Below, piece after piece: positions 19,973 through 30,187 of a stretch of DNA of 64,000 nucleotides. The notes below the pieces were generated by a model. That model saw nothing but the letters and a program-made list of their open reading frames with translations. It had not been told where the DNA came from and made no database searches. The stretch is from an uncultured Acidobacteriota bacterium (GTDB lineage Bacteria; Acidobacteriota; Polarisedimenticolia; J045): contig CAVPCQ010000012.1 of the NCBI GenBank assembly GCA_963702425.1, positions 64,001 to 128,000 on the forward strand, read 5' to 3'. Position 1 is the first letter of the stretch. Each line of letters starts with the position of its first letter. The position numbers were made by a program, and so were the translations under genes.

Positions 19973-21159
19973 AATCCCCGCCGACACGCTCGCGCCACGA
20001 GCGCATTCGGCTGCTGCTGCTGCTCACCAGCACGGCGGGTGGTGCAGGACTGCAGAACTACTTCCTCGCACGAGGACTGTCCAGGGATGTATTCGATCTC
20101 CAGGTCGCCTACGGCCCCGGCTATCCGCTCGACGCCACGTATCGAGACCTCGGCATCCCGATACACGTCCTCAGCTTGTCGCGCAAGGTCGCGCCAGCAA
20201 TCAACATCCGTGGGTTGCTTCAGATCTGGCGTCTACTCAGGCGAGAACGTTTCGACATAGTCTGTACGTCGTGCTCGATCGCCGGGATGCTGGGGCGATT
20301 CGCGGCCGCGCTTGCCGGGGTTCCGACGAGAGTTCACGTCCTGCACGTCTACGCCTGCCGTCCCTATCAGAATGCACTGAAGCGGGCTTTCTACTGGGGG
20401 ATCGAACGAGCCCTGGACCCGCTGACCACTCGCTATGTCGCCGTTTCAGAAGCGACCAAGCAATACGGTATCGATGCGCACATCATGCGTCCAGAGAAAG
20501 TCTCAGTCATCTTCAATGCGATCGAGAAGCGATCGGCCTCCGCGCGCCCAGGGGCTGACGTGCGTCGCGAGCTCGGCCTCCGGCCGGACTCGCAGCTGGT
20601 CGGTACGATCGGTCGTTACGAGGAGCAGAAGGGTCTCGAGTTCCTGCTGCAGGCCGCCGCACTCGTCGTTCGCGATCACCCCCAAGTGGAGTTCCTCATA
20701 GTCGGGGACGGGCCGCTGCGTGGGGAGCTCTCACAGCTCGCGCGCTCGCTCGGAATCGCAGACTCTGTTCATTTCACTGGTTGGCGCGACGACGTTCCGG
20801 ACCTGCTCGGCGTCATGAATGTTTTTTGTCTCGCGTCGCTCTGGGAGACGTTTGGCCTCGTGCTGGCCGAAGCAATGCAAGCGGCGCTTCCCGTGGTAGC
20901 AACGCGGGTCGACGCGATTCCAGAGGTCGTGAGCGAGGGCGAGACGGGCCTGCTCGTGCCGCCCCGAGACCCCGAGCGGCTTGCCGCCAGGATCATCGAG
21001 CTTCTCGGCAATCCGCAGCTGGCGGCCGAACTCGGCGCTGCGGGACGACGACGCGCGTTGCGCATGTGCTCCCTTGACGGTATGGTGCGGCAGTACGAGC
21101 GCCTGTTTGTCGAACTCACATGCGGCGAAGCAGGCGCGCCGGGAAAAGAAAGAGCCTAG
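19969..21159 (+). CDS. GT4 glycosyltransferase
   Basis: GGAG, GRYEEQKG, IVGDGPLR, FTGWRDDV, SLWETFGLVLAEAM; ATG at 19969. Confidence 0.92.
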   Translation: MKSPPTRSRHERIRLLLLLTSTAGGAGLQNYFLARGLSRDVFDLQVAYGPGYPLDATYRDLGIPIHVLSLSRKVAPAINIRGLLQIWRLLRRERFDIVCTSCSIAGMLGRFAAALAGVPTRVHVLHVYACRPYQNALKRAFYWGIERALDPLTTRYVAVSEATKQYGIDAHIMRPEKVSVIFNAIEKRSASARPGADVRRELGLRPDSQLVGTIGRYEEQKGLEFLLQAAALVVRDHPQVEFLIVGDGPLRGELSQLARSLGIADSVHFTGWRDDVPDLLGVMNVFCLASLWETFGLVLAEAMQAALPVVATRVDAIPEVVSEGETGLLVPPRDPERLAARIIELLGNPQLAAELGAAGRRRALRMCSLDGMVRQYERLFVELTCGEAGAPGKERA

Positions 21160-21161
21160 TC

Positions 21162-22643
21162 GTGTCGCAGCAGCCCCCAGTAGCTATCCCCGCAGCTCGA
21201 GCATGGAGCGATGGCCTGCCATTGTTGTTCTTCAGCTTGGCGGGCTCGCTGCTACTCGGATCTCTCGTGGCAGGTTCGGTGCTGCTTGACGGGCGGCTCG
21301 AGCGGTTCGTGCCACTTGGCGCTCTCTCGATCGAGAAGCCCTTTCCCTACAGTTTCACGATCGCCCTCCTGTTGGCCCTGAGCGCGGCTGCATTGGCTTC
21401 TACACGCGCGAGTTATCTGTTCGCATTCCGCCACGAATTCGCGATCGCGGCTCTACTCCTTGTTGGTGCCGTCAACGGCCTCAACATCCAGAGTCTCGAC
21501 CCGACCGACCCGGTCATCCTGATCGCCCTTTACGCATGGGTGATCTTTTTCGTGTTCGAGAGGCAACCGTTTCGAGTACCGACGACGGTCTTGGTGCTCT
21601 GCCTGGCGGTGCTTGCCTTTTCGGTGCTGTCCGCAGCGAACGGCGGCATGACAACACTCATCGGCCTCCGCACCTTCATCATTCGTTTGCTGCTGGTCGT
21701 TCTACTCGCGTCGTGGATCGCTGCGACGGGCAGGACCCGGTTCACGGTTCGCTTGATCATAGCAATCGCCGTCGCCTCCGCTGTGATAGGGCTGGCGACG
21801 AGCGTGATTTACCTGGGATCGGGAGATGTTCTGAGCACCAATGACACGGTGGCGGAGGTTTACAAGTCCACGCCGTTTGGGCGAATGGTACGCGCCACCG
21901 GCTTCACATCGACGTCGCAGTGCCTCGCGCACCTGCTGTTGATCGGAGTCGCGCTTGCGCTGTTCGCGCCGATGCGGCCTCTGTGGCGCTTCGTGACGGT
22001 GCTGATCATGATTGCGGGGATAGGATGGACATTCACGATCGGGGGCTATCTCACTCTCGCCGGCGTCCTGGCGATGTGGTTGTTCCTGCGGTGGCCCGAA
22101 AAGACGCTGCATCTCATACTGGCGACCGCAGGCGTCGGCTGCGCGGCGTATCTCAGCGGCTGGGCAGGCTACGCATACGAGGAAATCATCCTCGCGCTCG
22201 GAGGCAAGGGATTCCAGGACCGGTTGGTGACCCTTTCTGAGGGACTGGTGGCGATTCAGCGCCACCCCTGGCTCGGCGTAGGGCTGCGGAATACCTACCG
22301 CGTCACTCCCAGCTTCGTCCACAGCACCTACCTGCAGCTCGCCTCGGAGATCGGAATTCCGGGAGCCATTGCGTTTGCCGGTCTGGTGACCTTCCCGCTG
22401 GCGCGCCTGGCCGCTGCCGTAAAGGGAATGCCCCGCGGCGAGCGCCAGAGCTGGCTCAAGGCGTTGTTTCTCGCATCGTTCACACTGATCCTTCACCTTT
22501 CGATCGAACCGTTCTACGACAACTACATGACATGGGCGTTCATCGGGGTGGCTGCGGGCGCGGTCGGCGAGATGAGCGCCGCTCGTTCCCGGAAGTCGAG
22601 CATTGCCACCAGCGCGACGAGCCAAACCCTCGGTCTGCAGTAA
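21162..22643 (+). CDS. O-antigen ligase / Wzy polymerase family membrane protein
   Basis: Many hydrophobic segments; RATGF, HPWLGVG, HSTYLQLASEIGIPG (Wzy_C motif). Confidence 0.85.
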   Translation: MSQQPPVAIPAARAWSDGLPLLFFSLAGSLLLGSLVAGSVLLDGRLERFVPLGALSIEKPFPYSFTIALLLALSAAALASTRASYLFAFRHEFAIAALLLVGAVNGLNIQSLDPTDPVILIALYAWVIFFVFERQPFRVPTTVLVLCLAVLAFSVLSAANGGMTTLIGLRTFIIRLLLVVLLASWIAATGRTRFTVRLIIAIAVASAVIGLATSVIYLGSGDVLSTNDTVAEVYKSTPFGRMVRATGFTSTSQCLAHLLLIGVALALFAPMRPLWRFVTVLIMIAGIGWTFTIGGYLTLAGVLAMWLFLRWPEKTLHLILATAGVGCAAYLSGWAGYAYEEIILALGGKGFQDRLVTLSEGLVAIQRHPWLGVGLRNTYRVTPSFVHSTYLQLASEIGIPGAIAFAGLVTFPLARLAAAVKGMPRGERQSWLKALFLASFTLILHLSIEPFYDNYMTWAFIGVAAGAVGEMSAARSRKSSIATSATSQTLGLQ

Positions 22644-22774
22644 GTGGCTCCGCTTCAGGGAGTTGAACCGCCGACCGGCATGGGGTATCTTGTGGCGCTG
22701 CGCGTTCGTCGCGGTGCCCCACCAACGACCGGCTGCTCTGCGTTGCCTGCGACCAGAACCGCCAAGGGAGGGTC

Positions 22775-23998
22775 GTGCGAGAGCCACTGACCGATTCTGA
22801 CTACTCGCTCGTCGACTACCTCGTCGCTGTGTATCGACGGGCGTGGGTGGTGTTGCTCGTAACCGCGGTTGCTGGCGGCACCGCCTGGCTGGTAAGCGAA
22901 CGTGCCGTGCCTGTCTATGAAGCGCACGCGGCGTTTTTCGTCCCGCAAGACGTCGCATCCTCGATGGGCCTCTCGAGCAAACTTACCAACGCGCGCCTGC
23001 CCTCGGGATCGGAAAACGAGGCGCGTGCCTACGCGAAGATCCTCCAGCAGTCCGACGCTTACCTCGCGGCCTTGCGGAAGGTCCCGGACAAGAACCCAGC
23101 CCGAATGGAGCGGGACATTGACGTGATCGCCAGCCGTGAAGCGGTGATCAGAGTTTTCTCCCGCGATCCCAATCCGAGAGTTGCCGCGGACATTGCGAAT
23201 GCTCTCGTTGACTACTTCAACGAGTTCCAGCTTCAGCTCGTCCGAGAAGAGCTTATTCGATCGATGAAGAAGATTGAGGACCAGATCATCCTCGTGGAAG
23301 AGGACCTCACGAAGGGGCTAGCCGACCGTCAGGCCATGCTCGAGAGCAAGAGAATCGTGTTGCTGCCGATGAACACCGCGCAGCTTGAGGGCGACCGAAA
23401 CCAGTTGTCGATGCAGTTGTCGCAGACCCGGGTCAAGATGTCGTCGATCACGGAACAGTTACTCGGACTTGAACGACAGATGGCGGAGGAGGCAAAGCGT
23501 TACGGCGGCGGCCAGTTGCTCGACTCGCGACAGGATTCGTTTTACAACCAGCTGCGGCAGCGGAAATCGTTGCTCGAGATCGACCAGAAAGGCCTGGAGG
23601 CCGAAATCCGGCAGCTCGTCACCGCGATCCAAGCGACCGACCAGACGATTCGAATCGGGCCCGCGATGCTATCGCAGTTCGCGGCCATCGACGATCGGCT
23701 CGCCACGCTGCGACAAGATCGTGAGCGTTACGAATCGACGCTACGCGAACTGCGGACCCAGTCGCTCGATCTTCGGTCCCCGGCACTCGTCGTTCGTGTT
23801 GCCACACCCCCAAGGGTGCCGTCGTTCCCGAAGAAGTCACTGAATATCATCATCGGCGCGGTCGCCGGCTTCCTGGCCGGGATCGCGCTGGCGCTGATGA
23901 TCGAGGCTTTCGATCGACAGCGGCGCTGGTCTGCGTCGACGGCATCCCGAACCGATGAGCTCGACACTCACCCGCCGACCGATGTTTCCGAACCGTGA
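22775..23998 (+). CDS. Wzz/GumC-type polysaccharide co-polymerase (no kinase domain)
   Basis: SLVDYLVAVYRR-TM, PVYEA, long coiled coil, ATPPRVPSFPKK-TM. Confidence 0.85.
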   Translation: MREPLTDSDYSLVDYLVAVYRRAWVVLLVTAVAGGTAWLVSERAVPVYEAHAAFFVPQDVASSMGLSSKLTNARLPSGSENEARAYAKILQQSDAYLAALRKVPDKNPARMERDIDVIASREAVIRVFSRDPNPRVAADIANALVDYFNEFQLQLVREELIRSMKKIEDQIILVEEDLTKGLADRQAMLESKRIVLLPMNTAQLEGDRNQLSMQLSQTRVKMSSITEQLLGLERQMAEEAKRYGGGQLLDSRQDSFYNQLRQRKSLLEIDQKGLEAEIRQLVTAIQATDQTIRIGPAMLSQFAAIDDRLATLRQDRERYESTLRELRTQSLDLRSPALVVRVATPPRVPSFPKKSLNIIIGAVAGFLAGIALALMIEAFDRQRRWSASTASRTDELDTHPPTDVSEP

Positions 23999-24237
23999 AT
24001 GCGAGTGCCGGGATGAAGCGATCACAAGACAGAGGCGCACGACTTCATGGCGCCTTCGGCCAGCGGCCCGCCATCCGAGTGAGGCAGGAACGCCGGGACA
24101 ACGCTCCTTCCGTGCCGGTGGAGGGCCTGCTGCCCTGGTGGCTGGCGCTGCTAGTGGCAGTCGCCGTCGGCATCGCCTGCGGTTGGATCAGCGTGCAGGT
24201 GGCCTTCTTCTTGCTGACCCTCCAACTTCATAGCTGA
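23995..24237 (+). CDS. Small membrane protein, possibly a truncated gene
   Basis: GTGA overlap with the wzz-like gene; hydrophobic C-terminal half; followed by an IS relic. Confidence 0.4.
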   Translation: MNASAGMKRSQDRGARLHGAFGQRPAIRVRQERRDNAPSVPVEGLLPWWLALLVAVAVGIACGWISVQVAFFLLTLQLHS

Positions 24238-24269
24238 CTCAAGTGGCGCAAATCGTGAGACCTGCAAGT

Positions 24270-24400
24270 CTCTCGATGTGATCGAAGCCAACATCGCGCC
24301 CGAGTTCGAGGTTCACCTCGATGAGCCGGCTCCCTTCGTGTGGACCAATACCGCCGACCAGGCCCTCGCCTCGTTCGCGCGCTCTTCGCAGCCAATTGAG
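24270..24400 (+). mobile_element. IS630-family transposase C-terminal relic
   Basis: DEPAPFVWTNTADQALASFAR resembles the IS630 tail P-PFVWTKTAD-IL-SIAR. Confidence 0.65.
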
Positions 24401-24426
24401 ACGCGGGGCACCGGTCAGGGTCCTCG

Positions 24427-25533
24427 TCACGCAGGACGCTCACCGAAGAAGAAGTCCTCCATGCACCGGCCGAACGCTCCGCGGCTCCAGCTTCCGATGA
24501 CGAAGCGCGGCAGCCGCAGGGCGTCGCTGTCGGCTTGAAGCGGGCACGGGATCGTCGTGCAGGCGGCCGCGAACCCGAGTTCTCGGACAATCCGGTCCGT
24601 CGACTCGTTGAAGTCCCCGTACGGATGAGAGTGTGCCCGCACTGGGCCTCCAATGATCTCCTCAATCCGGTCGCGAGCCGCACTGATCTCTTCACGTTGA
24701 TCCTGTGGACTCAGTCGGGATAGTCTCGTGTGGGACACGGTGTGGCAGCCGATGTCGATCAGGTCACATGCGCTCAGTCTGCTGATCTCGTCAGCCGTCA
24801 TTGGACGGCGACCTTCGTCGACCTGGCGCCGATGATTCACCGAGGCGGCAAGACGCTCCATGACCGCCCCTCGCTCCGCACCGCGCATTGAGCTGAGTAG
24901 ACGGTGAATGTCGTCGTAGGCTCGCCGCCGATCTCTCCCAGAGCCGAGCGCCCACCGGTACTCACCGCCCTCGATGCGAAGCGCCAGACTCTCCGGCCCA
25001 CACCGGCTGTGCAGCAGGATGTCCTTCAGCTCTTCCCACCAGAATCCGAAGGTGTCTCCCGTATATCCACTCGCGACGAAGACCGTCGCAGGAACGCCGG
25101 CAGACTCGAGCATTGGAAGCGCCCGCGTCAAGTTATCGATGTAGCCGTCATCGAAGGTCACGGCGACGGCTCGATCCGGGAAGGACCCACGTTGCAAGCA
25201 ACTCACTAGGTCGAGCAACGAAATCGGCCGGCAGCTCTGTCGAATGTAGTCCAAGTGTTGCTCGAACTTGTTCGGTGAGACGCTGGTACCGTGGATGTCT
25301 CCGGCGGGCTCGGCCACACGGTGGTAGGAGAGAATGACGGCAGCGGGCTGCCGCCCACTCCAACGTCGGATCGGCCTCATCAATCGACGGGTCGTATTCC
25401 GGACGCGTCTGATCGTTCTCAAGAGTGCCTCGGATCGAGCGGAGATCATACCAGCACCGGCGAGTCCGTTGCGGTGCCCCGCTCCTGCCGCACCCATGCC
25501 TGTCGTCTCTCGCGGCCTTGGGACCCCGGACAT
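24427..25533 (-). CDS. Polysaccharide deacetylase (NodB/CE4)
   Basis: ILSYHRV, VTFDDGY, ATVFV, CHTVSH, HPYG, LPRF. The start may be downstream (25449). Confidence 0.9.
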   Translation of the reverse strand: MSGVPRPRETTGMGAAGAGHRNGLAGAGMISARSEALLRTIRRVRNTTRRLMRPIRRWSGRQPAAVILSYHRVAEPAGDIHGTSVSPNKFEQHLDYIRQSCRPISLLDLVSCLQRGSFPDRAVAVTFDDGYIDNLTRALPMLESAGVPATVFVASGYTGDTFGFWWEELKDILLHSRCGPESLALRIEGGEYRWALGSGRDRRRAYDDIHRLLSSMRGAERGAVMERLAASVNHRRQVDEGRRPMTADEISRLSACDLIDIGCHTVSHTRLSRLSPQDQREEISAARDRIEEIIGGPVRAHSHPYGDFNESTDRIVRELGFAAACTTIPCPLQADSDALRLPRFVIGSWSRGAFGRCMEDFFFGERPA

Positions 25534-26059
25534 TCCATGGGACAGATTGCCGCCAACGCGCGATCGGAACAGAGGGTGAGCCGTAGCGAGGAGTTACGCT
25601 GCAAGCTGGGCGTTGGGACCCACTTCACGGCCCGCCGTTACGCGTATCTGCGGATGAACACGGGCGCTGCCTGAGACCACCGCGCTGCCGGCTACGTCGA
25701 GGGCACGGCGGAGTTCACGGAACCGTAACGGCCCTTTCAGGACCGTACCGTTCCGGATCTGACGCCTGGGGCGCTGTGTGGGACTTCCCGCTGCACGGCT
25801 GGAACACCGGCCTCGCGGCCGACGGCGAGGACCACCGCTGCGACATCTTCCGGAAGGTGCCCAGCGCCGCCCGGGCCCACTCCGCTGCTGGCTTGGTCGA
25901 GGGCCGGGTGGAGGTCGCAGAACGGTCCCCCAGTTGCTACGGCTCTCCTGACCCGGAGCCATTGGCATCACTTTTGCTTTCATCCATCGCGTCTCCAGGG
26001 CCCGACGGTCGAACCAACCGTGCTCACGGCGGCCCTAACCCGGCCTGAAAGAGGAAGCA

Positions 26060-28033
26060 ATGAGAGGTCGAAGCTCGTTCTCTCGTCGGAGGTCGCACCG
26101 CTCGATCGGTCTCGCGGTCGCAACCGCCTGCACGGCGATGATCGCGGCTTGGTGCGCAGACACGGCCAGTTCAATCGCGGAAACTCCGGGCCCAGGGTCA
26201 CCGATCCGGATCTTCCATCTTGCTTCAAGAACAGACTATTCGTCCGCGGAATGGTCCGTCTTGACTCAGAGGTCCAGCGCGGTCGTCGGCCTCGACAACC
26301 ACGGCTACGACTTCCCCGGAGCCTTGCCGCGATTCGTGCGGGAGGCCCCGAACACCCCGGCGTTCGCGTTCTCCGACTCGCTCGCGTTCAGTCCGGATTG
26401 GTGCGATGACCGATTCTCTGCGGTCGACGTCGACGAGGCGTCTTTCTTCCATTCCTCCGAGCCTGCCTCGATGGTCGCGCGGGCCGTCGCCTCCTCGAAA
26501 GTCGCGCTCTACTGGCACGCCGATAGTCGCGAGAGCCCGGAAGCACATGTCGGAAGTTGCGCCTACCGCGACTACTACAAGACCGTTGCCTACCTCCTGG
26601 AGTACTCATCGACACCGGGCGGTTCCTACCGGCTCCTGGCCGAGATTCCTGCTCACTCTCAGACGGCGGACCAGACCCCGATCTATTCGTGGACTTGCTC
26701 ATCTTGCAGTACGAGACGGTACTACCGCGTCCGCTCCCGCCTATCCGATGGAACGATCGTCCCCTACTCGTGGCCCGTTCGCCCCCAGAGCATGTTTCCG
26801 GCAATTTTCTATCTGGTGTTGCGCCCCGCCGGACCGGGTGTCGTCGAATTCGAGGCGCTCGTTCGCACAGACTCCCTGCTGCCTCCCAGCCAGTTCATCG
26901 TCGAGCGGCAGGCCCGCTACGAGAAGAGCGTGTTCTACCCGGTCGGCTCGGCCACTACGTACACGCCGATCTCCAGCAAGTTCGCAACATACTCGGGGAC
27001 CGTCGCGCTCGGCCGAAACTCCTATGTTCGTGTTCGCTTCGGAGCCGTCTCGTATCCGAATGGCAGCGATTCGATTCTCTATTCGGGGGGAACGAGCCGT
27101 CGCAACAACCGTTCGTTGACGAGGTATGGATCGATGGCCCTGCGTCCGACGAGCGTCATTCTGAGGGACGTACTTGCCGGCCGAGCGCGGGCCGTCGTCG
27201 ACCTTGGAGCAGACGGGCTCTTTCTGGACTTCGTTCACGATAACGTCGGGCGTCTCTACAACGGAGGAAACTCCGGGAACCTGATTGCCCCTGTCTCAAC
27301 CTCCGAGGAATCCGAGTTCGGACCCGGATACCGAGCCGCTGCAGAGGCCCTGCTCGACAATCTGCACCAGCAGGTCCCCGCGGCTTCGCGCCTGTTCAAC
27401 GGACTCTACGTCCCGACCACGACCCGGAGTGCGCGCGAGGCCTTCGTGCCGCGAACCGAAGGGATGTTTGTCGAATACTTCGCTTTCGACAATCTCGGAC
27501 GGAACCTCGATGACCGGATCCCCGAGGCCTTCGACGCCATCATCGCCCACTCCCATCGACCTCCGACGGACTTGAACGACACCTCGCGCGACAGGCTCTC
27601 TCTCCTGGCAACGAGAGGAAGTGCGAATGAGGTCGACAAGCGCCGGATCGGACTTGCCCTCTATCTCCTCGTTTCCCATCCGAACGTGATGTGGCAGTAC
27701 TCGACGGCCGATTACTACAGGGACGTCACGTGGCTTCCCGAGTTCAGCATTCCCCTCGGCCCGCCGCTGATCCCCGCCCTGAATGCCTACTCGGATTTGT
27801 ACTGGGGCCGGACGGACGCAATGCTCCGGCGCGCCTTCGAGAACGGCCTGATCATCTACAACCACAGCGACTCGTCGCATACGATCGACCTGGGGGAGCC
27901 GCTTTCCCCCGTTCTGCTCCAGCCTGGTCTCGACCCCATCCTCGGTGGGACTGGAAGCTACGGCGTCGGTATCCCCGTAAGCCGGATCGAGATCCCCTCC
28001 AAGGACGCGGTCATCTTGCTACGGAATCCCTGA
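26060..28033 (+). CDS. Secreted putative glycoside hydrolase (GHL15-like TIM barrel) with inserted beta-sandwich/FN3-like region
   Basis: Signal-like N-terminus; ADGLFLD, GMFVEYF, LALYLL, WLPEFSIPLGPP, RRAFENGLIIYN; insert contains YYRVRS. Confidence 0.6.
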   Translation: MRGRSSFSRRRSHRSIGLAVATACTAMIAAWCADTASSIAETPGPGSPIRIFHLASRTDYSSAEWSVLTQRSSAVVGLDNHGYDFPGALPRFVREAPNTPAFAFSDSLAFSPDWCDDRFSAVDVDEASFFHSSEPASMVARAVASSKVALYWHADSRESPEAHVGSCAYRDYYKTVAYLLEYSSTPGGSYRLLAEIPAHSQTADQTPIYSWTCSSCSTRRYYRVRSRLSDGTIVPYSWPVRPQSMFPAIFYLVLRPAGPGVVEFEALVRTDSLLPPSQFIVERQARYEKSVFYPVGSATTYTPISSKFATYSGTVALGRNSYVRVRFGAVSYPNGSDSILYSGGTSRRNNRSLTRYGSMALRPTSVILRDVLAGRARAVVDLGADGLFLDFVHDNVGRLYNGGNSGNLIAPVSTSEESEFGPGYRAAAEALLDNLHQQVPAASRLFNGLYVPTTTRSAREAFVPRTEGMFVEYFAFDNLGRNLDDRIPEAFDAIIAHSHRPPTDLNDTSRDRLSLLATRGSANEVDKRRIGLALYLLVSHPNVMWQYSTADYYRDVTWLPEFSIPLGPPLIPALNAYSDLYWGRTDAMLRRAFENGLIIYNHSDSSHTIDLGEPLSPVLLQPGLDPILGGTGSYGVGIPVSRIEIPSKDAVILLRNP

Positions 28034-29282
28034 CGGCGGCGTGCTCTGCGATCACCCGGCGGTAGAGGGCGAAAGTACGGTCCAGGTGGCAGGTCTGCGT
28101 GAAGCGCTCACGCTGCAATCGTAGTCCGGCCTGCCCGAGGCTCGCCCGCAGAGCGGGATCTCGGATCAGCCGCCGCATGGCCGCCGCCAGCGCGTCCGTG
28201 TCGCCGGGAGTCACCGCGTAACCGTTGACGCCGTCCCGCAGCCACTCGGTGACGCCCCCGGAATCGAAGGCGACGATCGGCCTACTGAACGACATGGCCT
28301 CGACACCGACCATCCCGAAGGACTCGGGCGCCAGCGAGGGGAGAACGACGAATCCGCAGGCTCGATAGTGCGACGCGAGGTCGTCGGCAGCGGCCTCACC
28401 CACGAACTGTACGCGCCCACCGAGCTCGCGGCGCTCCACGAGTTCTCGCGCCCGTCCACGCAACGGGCCGTCGCCGACGACGGTGGCCTGCCAGTTTTCC
28501 CCCGAGAGCCGGGCCAGCGCTTCGACCAGGCTCAGGATGCCCTTCTCCGCACTGAGGCGGCCGACGAACAGGATTCCAGGTGGCTCCTCTCCCTTCGACG
28601 CCGGGGCGACTGTCGCCTCGAAACGTGAGAACAGCGGTACGACACTGATCCGATCCGCGGCGATGCCGTTGACGACCAACACGCTCTTGAGGTAGGAACT
28701 CGGAACCACGATTGCCGGCATCTTCCTGTACATTCGCAGGTAAACCGGATGACTCAGGACACGAAGCACGTCGTCGCGCAGCCCCTCCACGTCACCAGGG
28801 CGGTGGCACCCGAATAGCACACATCCGAAGTCAAGTCGACGCGTACACTGCCGGCCGTCGGGGAGCAGCTTGGTGCGCCTGAAGCAAACCGGTGTGACGT
28901 CGTGGAACATCCACACGATCGGCCGCGCCGCATGCAAACGGCTCACGACGATCGGGTGCAATGTCGGGATCGAGTGCAGGTGGATGATGTCCGGCTTCTC
29001 TTGATCGACGATTCGCAGGAGTTGCGCTGATACCTCGGGGCGGTAACGGTAGCGGAAGGACTTCAGTAGGTAGGACCCATCGTGCCCGGTGGCTTCTTCT
29101 GTCGGGCCGCGTTTCAATCCCACGACGGCGATGTCGCAGCCCTGCTCGCGCTGCCCCGCGATCAGCTGGGACAGGTACACGGCGAGGCCGCCGCCGCGTG
29201 CGATACACAAGCCTCGAACCTCTCGCTCGGTGCCCTTCAGCACCAGCTCTTGGTCCTTGTCGTGAACGTGTAGGATCTTCAT
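28011..29282 (-). CDS. GT4 glycosyltransferase
   Basis: MKILHV, PDIIHLH, HD...C..(Cys cluster), FVGRLSAEKG, PESFGMVGVEAM; ATG at 29282. Confidence 0.92.
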   Translation of the reverse strand: MKILHVHDKDQELVLKGTEREVRGLCIARGGGLAVYLSQLIAGQREQGCDIAVVGLKRGPTEEATGHDGSYLLKSFRYRYRPEVSAQLLRIVDQEKPDIIHLHSIPTLHPIVVSRLHAARPIVWMFHDVTPVCFRRTKLLPDGRQCTRRLDFGCVLFGCHRPGDVEGLRDDVLRVLSHPVYLRMYRKMPAIVVPSSYLKSVLVVNGIAADRISVVPLFSRFEATVAPASKGEEPPGILFVGRLSAEKGILSLVEALARLSGENWQATVVGDGPLRGRARELVERRELGGRVQFVGEAAADDLASHYRACGFVVLPSLAPESFGMVGVEAMSFSRPIVAFDSGGVTEWLRDGVNGYAVTPGDTDALAAAMRRLIRDPALRASLGQAGLRLQRERFTQTCHLDRTFALYRRVIAEHAAVRDSVAR

Positions 29283-29332
29283 CGTCCCTTGGCGACCTTC
29301 TCCAGCACATGGAACAGCCACGGGTGTCGTGC

Positions 29333-30025
29333 GCCAGCGACTCCTGGGGTCTCCCTTCTCGCTTCCGGGTCCGTGCCCTGCAGAGACTTGGCATGCTCCG
29401 CGCATCCGTCGAGGCGGGAATCGCCTGGGAGGCTCTTCTCGCGCCGGACGACCGCGATTCCGAGCCCCTGCTGTCCACTCGCTGGCCTCAGCGGGCTCGC
29501 TCCCACGACCCTCCGCGGGAAGGCCTCACGATCCTCGGGCTCCGCGCGGCCCGAGGCTGGTCGCCAGCTCGGATCGCCGAGCGGTTCTTCGTCACCGGGC
29601 CCACGATCGCCTCCTGGGTGGCGCCTCTCGACCAGGTCGACTCCGGACGGCTTCCCGCCCACCGTCGCCCGCGATTCGAGCCCCGGGCCGGTTGGCCCCG
29701 CAATGCCGGCGGTGTGCGACCGCGGGCCCAGGTCCGCGGTCGGCATGGGCTGCGGCTCGCGCTCGAGGTCCTGGTCCTTGCCGGTCAGACGTACCTCCCC
29801 GTCGTCACGCCGACACGCGCGACTCGAGGCCGCCCGCGCCGCGCCGAGTCGCCACCGTGGCCGAACAGTGCCTTCCTGCATCCGCGTATGACACTCAAGG
29901 AGCAGTCGCCGCGGCTCGACCGCCGCACGGCGAAGCGTCGGTCCACCGGGAGAACTCCGCGACCGCGGAGGCGACCGCGAAGACCCCTACTCGCCGCGAT
30001 TCGATCGCGCCGGCGCCCTGCACCG
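29333..30025 (+). mobile_element. Degenerate DDE integrase/transposase element, copy 1 (N- and C-terminal parts, internally deleted)
   Basis: ILGLRAARGWS..IAERFFVTGPTIASW and HRRPRFEPRAGWPR..LEV..LAGQTYLPVV; nucleotide similarity to the copies at 34545 and 37034. Confidence 0.7.
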
Positions 30026-30187
30026 ATCAGGCGCGTCCTCCCCGGCTGGCTGGCTCGCCGGCCGGGGAGGACGCTGATCAACCCCGCGTCACGGGTCCGA
30101 CCGGGCGGAAGCCCGAACTCCGGTGGGTGGTCTACTTCTCCAGCTTCACAACGGGCTGCTTTTCCTGATCGTTGAGAGTTCAGCGCC

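Noticed and set aside
25716-26048. Imperfect hairpin and 90-aa ORF upstream of the hydrolase
   Set aside because: Weak stem; peptide not assignable to any family
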